This document shows positions 8,144 to 16,789 of a DNA stretch of 64,000 nucleotides, one piece after another. Positions within the stretch are counted from its first letter, which is position 1, and each line of letters starts with the position of its first letter. The notes under the pieces were generated by a model that was given only the letters and a program-made list of their open reading frames with translations, was not told where the DNA came from and did no database searches. The stretch comes from an uncultured Candidatus Bathyarchaeia archaeon (lineage in GTDB: Archaea > Thermoproteota > Bathyarchaeia > TCS64), in the NCBI GenBank assembly GCA_964529745.1, contig CAZGZR010000003.1:1420-65419 (forward strand). The letters run 5' to 3'. The position numbers were made by a program, and so were the translations under genes.

Positions 8144-8902
8144 ATGTCTGAAGTACTGAAAATAGACAACGTTTACAAATATTTCGGCAAGTTCGCTGCA
8201 AACGACGGCGTCAGTTTCAGCTTGAAAGAGGGCGGCATATATCTTTTGGTTGGCCCTAACGGGTGCGGCAAGTCTACATTGGTGAACTGCATCTCGGGCA
8301 TATACGTGCCCGAGGAGGGGCACATATACTACCGCCAAGCGGACATCACGAGCGAGGAAATGTACAAGATCGCCCGTAGGGGACTGGTTCGTACATTCCA
8401 GATCGCCTCCCCGTTCCTGAGCCTTACCACACTAGAGAACATGCTCGTGGCGTTGCCGGATAACGCCGGGGAGAACATAGCACTTTCACTTTTCAAGCCG
8501 ACGTGGGTCGACAGCGAGATCAACGCCGTGAGACGGGCGTCGGAGCTCCTCAGGGTTCTCGGACTCAGACACGTATGGAACAAGCCAGCGAACACTCTCA
8601 GCGGGGGAGAGCTCAAACTACTCGAGATCGGGCGGGCGCTGATGTCGGGAGCCGAGACCATATTGCTCGACGAGCCTGTCGGCAGCATAGACCCTGTGTT
8701 GTGCCACCAGATATTCAGCCACGTGCTGAGGCTCCGCGACGAGCTGGGGATCACTTTCCTCGTCATCGAGCACCGGCTCGAGGTGGCGGCTCAGTACGCG
8801 GACCATGTCTTCGCGATGGATAGAGGTAAGCTCGTTACAGAGGGCACAGCCGAGGAAGTCTTCGAGGACGAGCGGGTGATCAAGGCATACCTGGGTGAGT
8901 AA
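8144..8902 (+). CDS. livG: branched-chain amino acid ABC transporter ATP-binding protein (LivG-like)
   Basis: Walker A GPNGCGKST, signature LSGGELKLLEIGRAL, Walker B ILLDEP. Confidence 0.8.
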   Translation: MSEVLKIDNVYKYFGKFAANDGVSFSLKEGGIYLLVGPNGCGKSTLVNCISGIYVPEEGHIYYRQADITSEEMYKIARRGLVRTFQIASPFLSLTTLENMLVALPDNAGENIALSLFKPTWVDSEINAVRRASELLRVLGLRHVWNKPANTLSGGELKLLEIGRALMSGAETILLDEPVGSIDPVLCHQIFSHVLRLRDELGITFLVIEHRLEVAAQYADHVFAMDRGKLVTEGTAEEVFEDERVIKAYLGE

Positions 8903-9659
8903 GATGGGAAGCAAGTACATACTTGAGACCAAGGGCCTGAACGTGGGGTACGGGCCTATCCACGTCATATACGACCTGGACTTCAGGGTCCCGGACGGAG
9001 AGGTAACCATAGTCGTAGGCCCCAATGGCGTCGGAAAGACCACCCTCCTGAAAGCCCTCATGGGCCTCGCCACCATATACAGCGGCGACATCACCTTCGA
9101 GGGCCAGAGGATAAACCAGATGCCACCCTACGAGAGAACCAAGCTCGGCATAGGTTACATGCCCCAGGTGGGCAACATATTCAGCAACCTTACCGTCAGC
9201 GACAACCTGAAGATGGCGGCTTACACCATGAAGGACCCTGACATGATCAGGGACAAGATGGAGTTCGTCTTCAACCTCTTCCCTGTGCTTCAGGGCTTCA
9301 TGCCCAGGGCGGCGGGCACCCTGAGCGGGGGCGAGCGCCAGATGCTCGCCGAGGGGATGGTGCTCATGAGGGACCCCAAGATAATGATGGTGGACGAGCC
9401 CACCGCCGGGCTGATGCCCAAGCTGGTCACCGACGTCATGAAGCAGCTCAAGGAGATGGCCGACGAGACGGGTCTCCCCATCGTGCTTGTGGAGCAGCGC
9501 GCCAGGCGTGCACTGGAAGTGGGCGACTACGCGTACATGATGCGCGGCGGAATGTTCACTTTCGAGGGCGGCGCACAGGAGCTTCTTAACAATCCGCAGC
9601 TCGAGGAGATGTATCTTGGCGCAGTCGAGGTACGAGACCTCAAGACCATCAGGGAATAA
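8895..9659 (+). CDS. livF: branched-chain amino acid ABC transporter ATP-binding protein (LivF-like)
   Basis: Walker A GPNGVGKTT, signature LSGGERQMLA; overlaps livG by 8 nt. Confidence 0.8.
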   Translation: MSKMGSKYILETKGLNVGYGPIHVIYDLDFRVPDGEVTIVVGPNGVGKTTLLKALMGLATIYSGDITFEGQRINQMPPYERTKLGIGYMPQVGNIFSNLTVSDNLKMAAYTMKDPDMIRDKMEFVFNLFPVLQGFMPRAAGTLSGGERQMLAEGMVLMRDPKIMMVDEPTAGLMPKLVTDVMKQLKEMADETGLPIVLVEQRARRALEVGDYAYMMRGGMFTFEGGAQELLNNPQLEEMYLGAVEVRDLKTIRE

Positions 9660-9769
9660 CCACCCTCTTCTCTGTTTTCATCGATCCCATTCAATGTCCT
9701 GATCGTTGTTCTATATCAACGGGGGACAACCGTTTAATCAGCAGATGATTGAATGCCCTCTGATTCGTC

Positions 9770-10297
9770 GTGGGCTCTGATGCTTCTCACGGTTACCAAG
9801 CAACCTTTGAGCAGGATGAGCTAGACGTAGCTTTACTCCTCCACGGCTTGTTCTTGAGCTATGTACAGGTCTCGGCCAGCATAATTCCCCTCACTCGTTT
9901 CAGGTCCCTTGTGGGTCTGATGCGCGACGCACTATACAAGGTGACTGGGATGTCAACCATGGCGCTCATAACGATCCATGAAGTCGAGAAGACGCTGGAC
10001 AAGTACTGCAGCTTGTTGGAAGACTCAGGCGTCGCCGAGAAGGCGACGGCGGTCATGGATGACCCCCGGTCGTTCAGGTTTAACCTCCGGGGCTGCATGT
10101 TTGGGGGAGACTGCAGGCGACTGGTGTCGGGCACGTACATCTGCCCCTTCGCCATGTTCGCCGGGTTCCTCGCCCAGGAGAGCGGCGGGGGCAAGGTGAG
10201 CCTAGAGCCGAGCGAGAAGACGATGCTGGGTTCGAGAACACGTCTCTTAGTAGGCGGCACGGGGCGCCAAACGAAGAAGACAAAAGTGTACGTCTGA
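9770..10297 (+). CDS. V4R-domain (hydrocarbon-binding-like) protein, GTG start uncertain
   Basis: C-terminal GCMFGGDCRRLVSGTYICPFAMFAGFL resembles the V4R small-molecule-binding domain. Confidence 0.4.
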   Translation: MGSDASHGYQATFEQDELDVALLLHGLFLSYVQVSASIIPLTRFRSLVGLMRDALYKVTGMSTMALITIHEVEKTLDKYCSLLEDSGVAEKATAVMDDPRSFRFNLRGCMFGGDCRRLVSGTYICPFAMFAGFLAQESGGGKVSLEPSEKTMLGSRTRLLVGGTGRQTKKTKVYV

Positions 10298-10370
10298 CTG
10301 GGAGGCCCATGTTGATAGCTTAGCTTAAACGCAGCAAGGGCCAACATATGAGACATAACGGTGTGCTCCG

Positions 10371-11489
10371 ATGGATGTCTCCTCTATTCGCAGTGACTTC
10401 ACCGTCCTGAGGGACTGGGCGTACCTCGACAACGCGTTCGTGGGGCTCATGCCGGCACAGGTGAGGAAAGGCTACGCCGAGTACGTGGACCAGTGGTACA
10501 GGTTCGACACCACTGGGGACAAAACCATCCTCCAGGAGTGGCTGGCCAAGGCGAGACGTGTGAGGGAGATGGCTGCAGCATTCATCCACGTGTCCGCCGA
10601 GGAGATCGCGTTCGACATGTGCACCGGCTCGGGGCTCAACATAGCCGTGAACGGAACAGAGTGGAGGAAGGGCGACAACGTCGTGTTCCCCGAGTGGGAG
10701 CACAACCCGTTGTACACCCACACAACAGCAAGAAACGCCGTCGAGCCCCGCGTTTGGAGGCCGGAGGGAGGCATCTTCGACACAGGGGACCTTGAGAATC
10801 TCATAGACGACAGGACCAAGCTCGTCCAGGTCAGCCAGGTGAGCTACGTCAACGGCCAGAGACTCGACCTGGAGGAGGTAGCCGAGATAGCCCACGGCCA
10901 CGGCGCCAAGGTGCTGGTTGACGCTACCCAGGCGGTGGGCGCCGTAGACGTGGACTATAGGAGGGACGATGTGGACTACGTGAGCTTCGCCCCCTACAAG
11001 TACCTGATGGGTCCTACTGGGCTCAGCTTCCTCTACGTGAAGCGGGAGAACCTCGCCGAGCTGACGCCGGACCGGACAGGCTGGAAGAACCAGATATGGG
11101 GCGGCGACAACCCCGAAGACCCGGTGGACCTGGACACCGCCGAGAAGTTCGAGTATGGCACCCTCCACTTCCAAGGGATGTACGCCGTGGAACGGTCCCT
11201 CGACTACCTGAATAGGGTGGGCATCGACGAGGTCGAGAAGCGGAACCTCATGCTCTCAAGCTACACCTACGACCGGCTATCCAGCCTCGGGAGGAAGCTA
11301 TTCATGCCCGAGCCCCCGGCGTCCACGATAGTGAGCTACTTCCAGACGGGCGCCGTTGGGCTCGCCGCCACGCTCAAGGCGATGAAGATCAAGGTCACCG
11401 GCAGGTCGGCCCACGGCGACCACATAAGGGTATCGAACCACTTCTACAACACCAGGGAAGACGTTGACAGGCTCATGGAAAACGTCTAG
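10371..11489 (+). CDS. class V PLP-dependent aminotransferase / cysteine desulfurase-like enzyme
   Basis: Fold-type I PLP enzyme with SFAPYKYLMGPTG lysine motif and DATQAVG. Confidence 0.75.
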   Translation: MDVSSIRSDFTVLRDWAYLDNAFVGLMPAQVRKGYAEYVDQWYRFDTTGDKTILQEWLAKARRVREMAAAFIHVSAEEIAFDMCTGSGLNIAVNGTEWRKGDNVVFPEWEHNPLYTHTTARNAVEPRVWRPEGGIFDTGDLENLIDDRTKLVQVSQVSYVNGQRLDLEEVAEIAHGHGAKVLVDATQAVGAVDVDYRRDDVDYVSFAPYKYLMGPTGLSFLYVKRENLAELTPDRTGWKNQIWGGDNPEDPVDLDTAEKFEYGTLHFQGMYAVERSLDYLNRVGIDEVEKRNLMLSSYTYDRLSSLGRKLFMPEPPASTIVSYFQTGAVGLAATLKAMKIKVTGRSAHGDHIRVSNHFYNTREDVDRLMENV

Positions 11490-12250
11490 AATCTGCCACG
11501 CTTCACGTAGTTGAGCCCTATCCCGCCTAGTATCACAAGGGCCCCCAGGTCGGCGGCGTATGGTATCAGGGGCTCTGCCATCTGCTTGTAGATGATCCCT
11601 GAGAGGGCCCAGACGATGACTAAGCTGTAGGCGGCGTCCCCCCTCGTATACAGGTTGACCAGCGTCAGCGCGACGGCAACGCCGATCACGGCCACCGTCC
11701 AGTACGCTGCGGTCGTGCCGTAGCTCTCCCAACCAGACGCTACCAGGAACGCCACTATGTTGGCTATGGGGGCCACGGTGATCCATCCCAAGTAGACGCT
11801 GAACGGCAGGCGATAGTATAGCTGCTGATCTCTGGACACCTGCGCCCTGCCTATGTCCAGCCTAAGGTAGATCAATATCAGAGATGCCAGGAGCCCGAAC
11901 ATGGGCACTAGGCTCAGCGCGACCAGCCGCCAGTGCCAGAGGAATATCCAGACGACGTTGAAGACGTTGCTCGCGATGAACAGCCACCCGATCTTCCTTA
12001 GGGTCTCGGCGTCTTCTCCGCCGCGCCTCAGCTGGCGCACGGTGAACCCCAGGAGAAGCAGGTAGATGACGCCCCATATGCTGAAGACGTAGCCCGCTGG
12101 GACGAAGTAGTTGGGGTAGCTGTCGGACAACTCGGCGGTGGTCACGCCGTTCAACGGCAGGGCGTTGGCCAGCGTGTTAACGACGACGACGGCCGCATAG
12201 CTTAGTGCGTTACCGATCTGCAGGACCCTGATTTCTGACGATTTCTCCAT
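11486..12250 (-). CDS. TspO/MBR-like tryptophan-rich membrane protein
   Basis: Five or more TM helices; N-terminal NALPLNG...YPNYFVPAGYVFSIWGVIYLLL motif as recalled from archaeal TspO-like proteins. Confidence 0.5.
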   Translation of the reverse strand: MEKSSEIRVLQIGNALSYAAVVVVNTLANALPLNGVTTAELSDSYPNYFVPAGYVFSIWGVIYLLLLGFTVRQLRRGGEDAETLRKIGWLFIASNVFNVVWIFLWHWRLVALSLVPMFGLLASLILIYLRLDIGRAQVSRDQQLYYRLPFSVYLGWITVAPIANIVAFLVASGWESYGTTAAYWTVAVIGVAVALTLVNLYTRGDAAYSLVIVWALSGIIYKQMAEPLIPYAADLGALVILGGIGLNYVKRGRF

Positions 12251-12290
12251 GTTTACCCGTCGGGAACGAAGCTAGATAAGGCGTTTGGGG

Positions 12291-12333
12291 GTTAAACATG
12301 AAATATCTGTGTTAACTTGCATGGTTGTTTAAC
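12291..12333. promoter_or_regulatory. inverted repeat GTTAAAC-N28-GTTTAAC with a central GTTAAC, upstream of guaA
   Basis: Lies in the TspO/guaA divergent intergenic region, immediately 5' of an AT-rich TATA-like stretch (12334-12346). Confidence 0.35.
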
Positions 12334-12369
12334 AAAAACATTAAAACTGCCCCTCGTTCATGATAGTCA

Positions 12370-13920
12370 ATGACCCCAGGTAAACGACCAGACGGCATAG
12401 CCGTCCTCGATTTCGGCGGCCAGTACTGCCACCTCATCGCCCGTAGGGTCCGGGAGATGAACGTCTACAGCGAGATCCTGCCCAGCGACGCCACAAGGGC
12501 CGAGGTGGAGGCCCTGGGCTCGGTGATGAACCTTAGGGGGGTCATCTTCTCGGGGAGCCCCAGCAGCGTGAAGGCAGAGGACGCTCTGACCCTCGACCCG
12601 AATATTCTTGAGATGGGGATCCCGGTCCTCGGGCTCTGCTATGGGCTGCAGCTCCTCGCAGAGATGCAAGGCGGGGAGCTGGCGAAGGCCAGGGAGTACG
12701 GTGTGACCTATGCCTACGTAGATGAGGCCGTGGGGGTGCTGGAGGGGCTGGACGCCCGCGAGCGGGTTTGGATGAGCCACGGAGACACCGTCTTCGAGGC
12801 GCCTGAGGGGTTTAGGGTCGCGGCGCACACCGACAGGGCGCCTGTCGCCGCCATGAGGCACATAGAGAAGCCCATCTGGGGGCTCCAGTGGCACCCCGAG
12901 GTGGTCCACACAGAGCACGGGGGGTTGATGCTCCGGAACTTTGTCTTCGGGGTCTGCGGCTGTGAGCCCAACTGGAGGCCGCTGGACAGGGTGGATGAGG
13001 CCATCAAGGCTATCGAGAAAACGGTGGGGGACGGGAGGGCCATCATCGCCTTGAGCGGGGGCGTGGACTCCAGCGTAGCGGCCGCGCTGGCGGGAAGGGC
13101 ACTCGGCGGGAGCCTGCTGGCCGTCCACGTGGACCACGGCCTCATGAGGGCGAACGAGTCCGCCGAGGTGGAGGCCGCCTTCAAGGATAAGGGCCTCAAC
13201 CTGGTGGTGGTGGACGCCCGAGGCAGGTTCCTCAGGAGGCTTCAGGGCGTGGTTGACCCCGAGGAGAAGCGTAAGATCATCGGCGAGGAGTTCATCAGGG
13301 TCTTCGAGGAGGAGGCGCGAAGATTCGGGGCAGAGTACCTGATACAGGGTACGATCTACCCCGACAGGATAGAATCCGGGCTGACCCGGGACAGCGACAC
13401 CATAAAGACCCATCACAACGTGGGTGGGCTACCCCTCCATATGATGTTCAAGGAGGTGATCGAGCCCCTGGGGGAGCTGTACAAGGACGAAGTCAGGAGG
13501 CTTGGCGAGCGGCTGGGGCTCCCGGGGGAGCTCGTGTGGAGGCAGCCCTTCCCCGGGCCAGGGCTCGCCGTCAGGATAATAGGCCCCGTAACAGGAGCCA
13601 AGCTGGATGCGCTCAGGAAGGCAGACGCCATAGTATGCGAGGAGGTGGAGGCCCACCCCTTCAGGGAAAGGCTGTGGCAGTACTTCGCCGTGCTGACCAA
13701 CACCAAGACCACGGGGGTCAAGGGCGACGAGAGGGCCTACGGGTGGACCGTAGCGGTCAGGATGGTGGAGAGCGTGGACGCGATGACAGCCAGCTTCAGC
13801 AAAGCGCCGTGGGAGGTCCTGGAGCGTATAAGCAACAGGATTGGTAACGAGGTGCCCGGCGTTACTCGGGTGGTTTACGACGTAACCCATAAACCCCCTG
13901 CTACCATAGAGTGGGAGTGA
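12370..13920 (+). CDS. guaA: GMP synthase (glutamine-hydrolysing), fused GATase and ATP-pyrophosphatase domains
   Basis: GATase triad region (GLCYGLQ), PP-loop SGGVDSSV, C-terminal dimerisation domain. Confidence 0.9.
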   Translation: MTPGKRPDGIAVLDFGGQYCHLIARRVREMNVYSEILPSDATRAEVEALGSVMNLRGVIFSGSPSSVKAEDALTLDPNILEMGIPVLGLCYGLQLLAEMQGGELAKAREYGVTYAYVDEAVGVLEGLDARERVWMSHGDTVFEAPEGFRVAAHTDRAPVAAMRHIEKPIWGLQWHPEVVHTEHGGLMLRNFVFGVCGCEPNWRPLDRVDEAIKAIEKTVGDGRAIIALSGGVDSSVAAALAGRALGGSLLAVHVDHGLMRANESAEVEAAFKDKGLNLVVVDARGRFLRRLQGVVDPEEKRKIIGEEFIRVFEEEARRFGAEYLIQGTIYPDRIESGLTRDSDTIKTHHNVGGLPLHMMFKEVIEPLGELYKDEVRRLGERLGLPGELVWRQPFPGPGLAVRIIGPVTGAKLDALRKADAIVCEEVEAHPFRERLWQYFAVLTNTKTTGVKGDERAYGWTVAVRMVESVDAMTASFSKAPWEVLERISNRIGNEVPGVTRVVYDVTHKPPATIEWE

Positions 13921-14345
13921 TGAAGGGCTTCACATATCCTGAGGAGGGGCCGTTGGCGGACCTCCTCGTCGAGGCAACCGGCTCCACCCTCGGAGAGGCT
14001 TTCGCCAACCTGGCCCTCGGCATGTTCAACGCTATGACACCCATAGGGGGCATAGCCGAGGAGGAGGAGTTCACCGTGGAGGCCGAGGGGATTGACATGG
14101 AGAGCCTGCTGTTCAACCTGATGGATGAGTTTCTCTACCTGAACGATGTCGAGTTCCTGGTCCCGAGAAGGATAGAGGTACAGGTTGATGAGGAGAACTT
14201 CAAAGCCACAGCCAAGTGTATAGGCGAGAGGTTCAGCAGGGAGACCCATGAGGTGGGCATCGCCGTCAAGGCCGCCACGTACCACATGATGGAGATTAGA
14301 AAGGAGAAAGATGGCTGGCGGGTCCGGATGGTGTTCGACACCTAG
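13920..14345 (+). CDS. archease
   Basis: MKGFTYPEEGPLADLLVEATGSTLGEAFANLALGMFNAM matches the archease N-terminus; ATG overlaps the guaA TGA (TGATG). Confidence 0.65.
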   Translation: MKGFTYPEEGPLADLLVEATGSTLGEAFANLALGMFNAMTPIGGIAEEEEFTVEAEGIDMESLLFNLMDEFLYLNDVEFLVPRRIEVQVDEENFKATAKCIGERFSRETHEVGIAVKAATYHMMEIRKEKDGWRVRMVFDT

Positions 14346-14529
14346 GGACTTCCCGGTTCCATAGTTTACTGTGCCCCCGTCTATGGTAGCTAGTATATTT
14401 GCGGATGATTATTCTAACTTTCAAGCTGGTTTCTACCTCGTTGGCTCCCTTTGCTCAACGGACTCCACTATCGGGTCGAGTATATCGTGGTTGAGGCTGT
14501 ATAAGCTGTGTTTACCCTCTCTCCCGACA

Positions 14530-14600
14530 TCCACCAGCTTCACCTGAATAGGGTCCGCAGGTTGTGGCTAACCATGCTCTGTTACTGGCCATGCGTTTCC
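14530..14600 (-). pseudogene. decayed partial copy of the arsR HTH-encoding segment
   Basis: About 30-nt near-repeat of arsR coding sequence (gttgtggctaaccatgctctgttactggcc versus gttgtggctgaccatgctctgctcctgcc at 14789-14820); the copy encodes ...GQ*QSMVSHNL with in-frame stops. Confidence 0.35.
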
Positions 14601-14629
14601 ACGAACTCATACGTTCATGGGCTCTTACG

Positions 14630-14947
14630 CTAGTCTCTGTAGGGGCAATTACCGGCGGCCTTGCAGTATCTATCCTCGTGTTCCTCGACGATGCCGAAGA
14701 TCGAGTTAACGGTTTCACCGTTCAGATAGACATATTTCTCTTTGCCTCGCCTCTCGGAGAACACGAAGCTGCACTGTTCAAGTATCTTCAAGTTGTGGCT
14801 GACCATGCTCTGCTCCTGCCCGATCTCCGAGGCTAACCCGGTCACGTTCATCTCGCCTTCAGAAAGCTTCTCAAGGATCGCCAACCTAGTCGGGTTCGCT
14901 AACGTAGAGAAGAACCCGTAACATATCTCGCTCAAACCTCTTTTCAT
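14630..14947 (-). CDS. ArsR-family winged-helix transcriptional regulator
   Basis: ANPTRLAILEKLSEGEMNVTGLASEIGQEQSMVSHNLKIL HTH. Confidence 0.7.
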   Translation of the reverse strand: MKRGLSEICYGFFSTLANPTRLAILEKLSEGEMNVTGLASEIGQEQSMVSHNLKILEQCSFVFSERRGKEKYVYLNGETVNSIFGIVEEHEDRYCKAAGNCPYRD

Positions 14948-15036
14948 ATCCAAACCCCTTACACGCGGGTTGAATAAACGAACTATATTTCAAGCGTATA
15001 TAAGTAAAATGGTGTTAAAAATATATGAAAAATGGG

Positions 15037-16338
15037 TTAAATCTTTAACTTGTTCAAGCTGCCATCGATGACCTTCAAGCCGTTCATGTAGGGCTGCAGC
15101 GCCTTCGGCACACTCACGGTGCCGTCCTCCCGCTGGTACTGCTCTACGACGGCGATCATGGTCCGGCTCGTCGCCATGGCCGTGTTGTTTAGGGTGTGGA
15201 CGAATCCCTCAGGCGGCGCTCCCTCCTTTAGCCGGTACTTCACGTTGAGGCGACGCGCCTGATAGTCGGTGCAGTTGCTGTTGGAACCGATCTCACGGAA
15301 CTCGTCGTCGGCCATCCACACCTCTGTGTCGTACTTCTTGGCTGCTATGATGCCTATGTCGCCTGTGCAGACGTTGACGACCCTGTAGTGGAGTCCAAGT
15401 CCCTGGTAGAGTTCCTCGCAGTTCTTCTGAAGCTCCTCGTGTAGCTCCCAGCTCTGCTCAGGCAGAGAGAATATGAACTGCTCGACTTTATGGAATTGAT
15501 GCACCCTGAAGAGGCCCTTAGTGTACTTACCGTGGGCGCCCACCTCCCGCCTGAAACATGGGCTTACCCCGCAGAGCCTGATGGGCAGGTCCTCGGCGAG
15601 AAGCGTCTCATCCTGGAGCATGGCCGCCATGGCATGCTCGCTCGTCGCTATGAGGTAGAGGTCCTCATCTTCGACTTTGTACATGACAGACTCGAAGTCA
15701 GCGAGATCGGTGACCCCCTCGTAGGCGGCACGCCTGATCATGTAGGGGGGCACGATGAGGCTGTACCCTTTCTTGATTAGGTGGTTGACGGCGTACCGCT
15801 GGATCGCGAGGTCTAGGAGCGCTAACTCGTTCCTGAGATAGTAGAAGCCCGAGCCGGCTGCCTTGGCCGCCCGCTCGAAGTCGGCGATTCCCAGCGCGGT
15901 GACTATCTCCGCGTGGCTCTTGGGCTTGAAACCGAAATCCGGCGGTTTACCCCACCGTTTGATCTCGACGTTGTCGTGCTCATCCTCCCCGTAGGGAACT
16001 GACTCGTTGAGCATGTTGGGCAGCCGCATCAATCCGTCGCGGAGCATCTCCTGGCTCTCGCTCATCTGAGACTCTAGCACGCGGAGCTGTGAGGGTATCT
16101 CCGAGGCCTCCTTCTTGAGGCTGGAGGCGTCGCCGCCCTCCTTCATCACCTTACCGATCTCGCTGGATATCTGGTTCCTCCTCCGGCGTAGATCGTTGAC
16201 CCTCTGCGTGAGCTCCCGCCACTTCCTGTCTGTCTCTATGACGTGGTCTAGGAGCTCAAGCTTCTCGGGGTCCTTTCTTCTGGCCAGGTTTTCCCGAACC
16301 TTCTCGGGTTGTTCTCTGATGAGCTTTATATCTAGCAT
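15037..16338 (-). CDS. serS: seryl-tRNA synthetase
   Basis: N-terminal coiled coil MLDIKLIRE..., class II aaRS motifs; start moved to MLDIKLIR. Confidence 0.9.
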   Translation of the reverse strand: MLDIKLIREQPEKVRENLARRKDPEKLELLDHVIETDRKWRELTQRVNDLRRRRNQISSEIGKVMKEGGDASSLKKEASEIPSQLRVLESQMSESQEMLRDGLMRLPNMLNESVPYGEDEHDNVEIKRWGKPPDFGFKPKSHAEIVTALGIADFERAAKAAGSGFYYLRNELALLDLAIQRYAVNHLIKKGYSLIVPPYMIRRAAYEGVTDLADFESVMYKVEDEDLYLIATSEHAMAAMLQDETLLAEDLPIRLCGVSPCFRREVGAHGKYTKGLFRVHQFHKVEQFIFSLPEQSWELHEELQKNCEELYQGLGLHYRVVNVCTGDIGIIAAKKYDTEVWMADDEFREIGSNSNCTDYQARRLNVKYRLKEGAPPEGFVHTLNNTAMATSRTMIAVVEQYQREDGTVSVPKALQPYMNGLKVIDGSLNKLKI

Positions 16339-16561
16339 CCTAAGCCCACGCAACCATGGTGTACGCCTTACCCTCTTTTAGAAGTTGTGTGTTAGCCAGC
16401 GACTACGATGACGCCGCTAAGATATCGATCCTCGAATCCGTGAAGGGCGACCCAAACCCCATCCTGTAGTTAACAACAAATCCACTTTCACCCAGCCCCG
16501 ACACTCAAACCCGTGCGTTCCGCTTAAAAACCGTTCACGCAACAAGGATTCAGTGTAACTC

Positions 16562-16747
16562 TTGTCAACATACGAGGTCGGTGCCTTCGAGGCCCTGGAG
16601 TGGGCGTGGAACCTGTTGAGAGTAAACGACGGCGTAAACATCGAGGAGGCTGCAAAGCACATCCAAGATATGTTGTTGACTCTCAGTAACGGCACTCCGG
16701 TTAACTTCCAGCAGAGGGCGATCGCCCTCAGAAACGTGCCACAGTAG
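16562..16747 (+). CDS. candidate 61-aa helical small protein (TTG start)
   Basis: Only ORF in the 430-nt serS/amidohydrolase gap with protein-like composition; weak TATA upstream. Confidence 0.25.
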   Translation: MSTYEVGAFEALEWAWNLLRVNDGVNIEEAAKHIQDMLLTLSNGTPVNFQQRAIALRNVPQ

Positions 16748-16789
16748 TTAATCCCTTAAGCGGGTGGATTTCATTCTATCTGAACCACG

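Noticed and set aside
14512-14836. ORFs 14512..14718 (minus) and 14564..14836 (plus) in the archease / arsR gap
   Set aside because: The plus ORF is antisense to arsR and exists only because of the duplicated arsR fragment. The minus ORF is the stop-containing remnant of that fragment in another frame.
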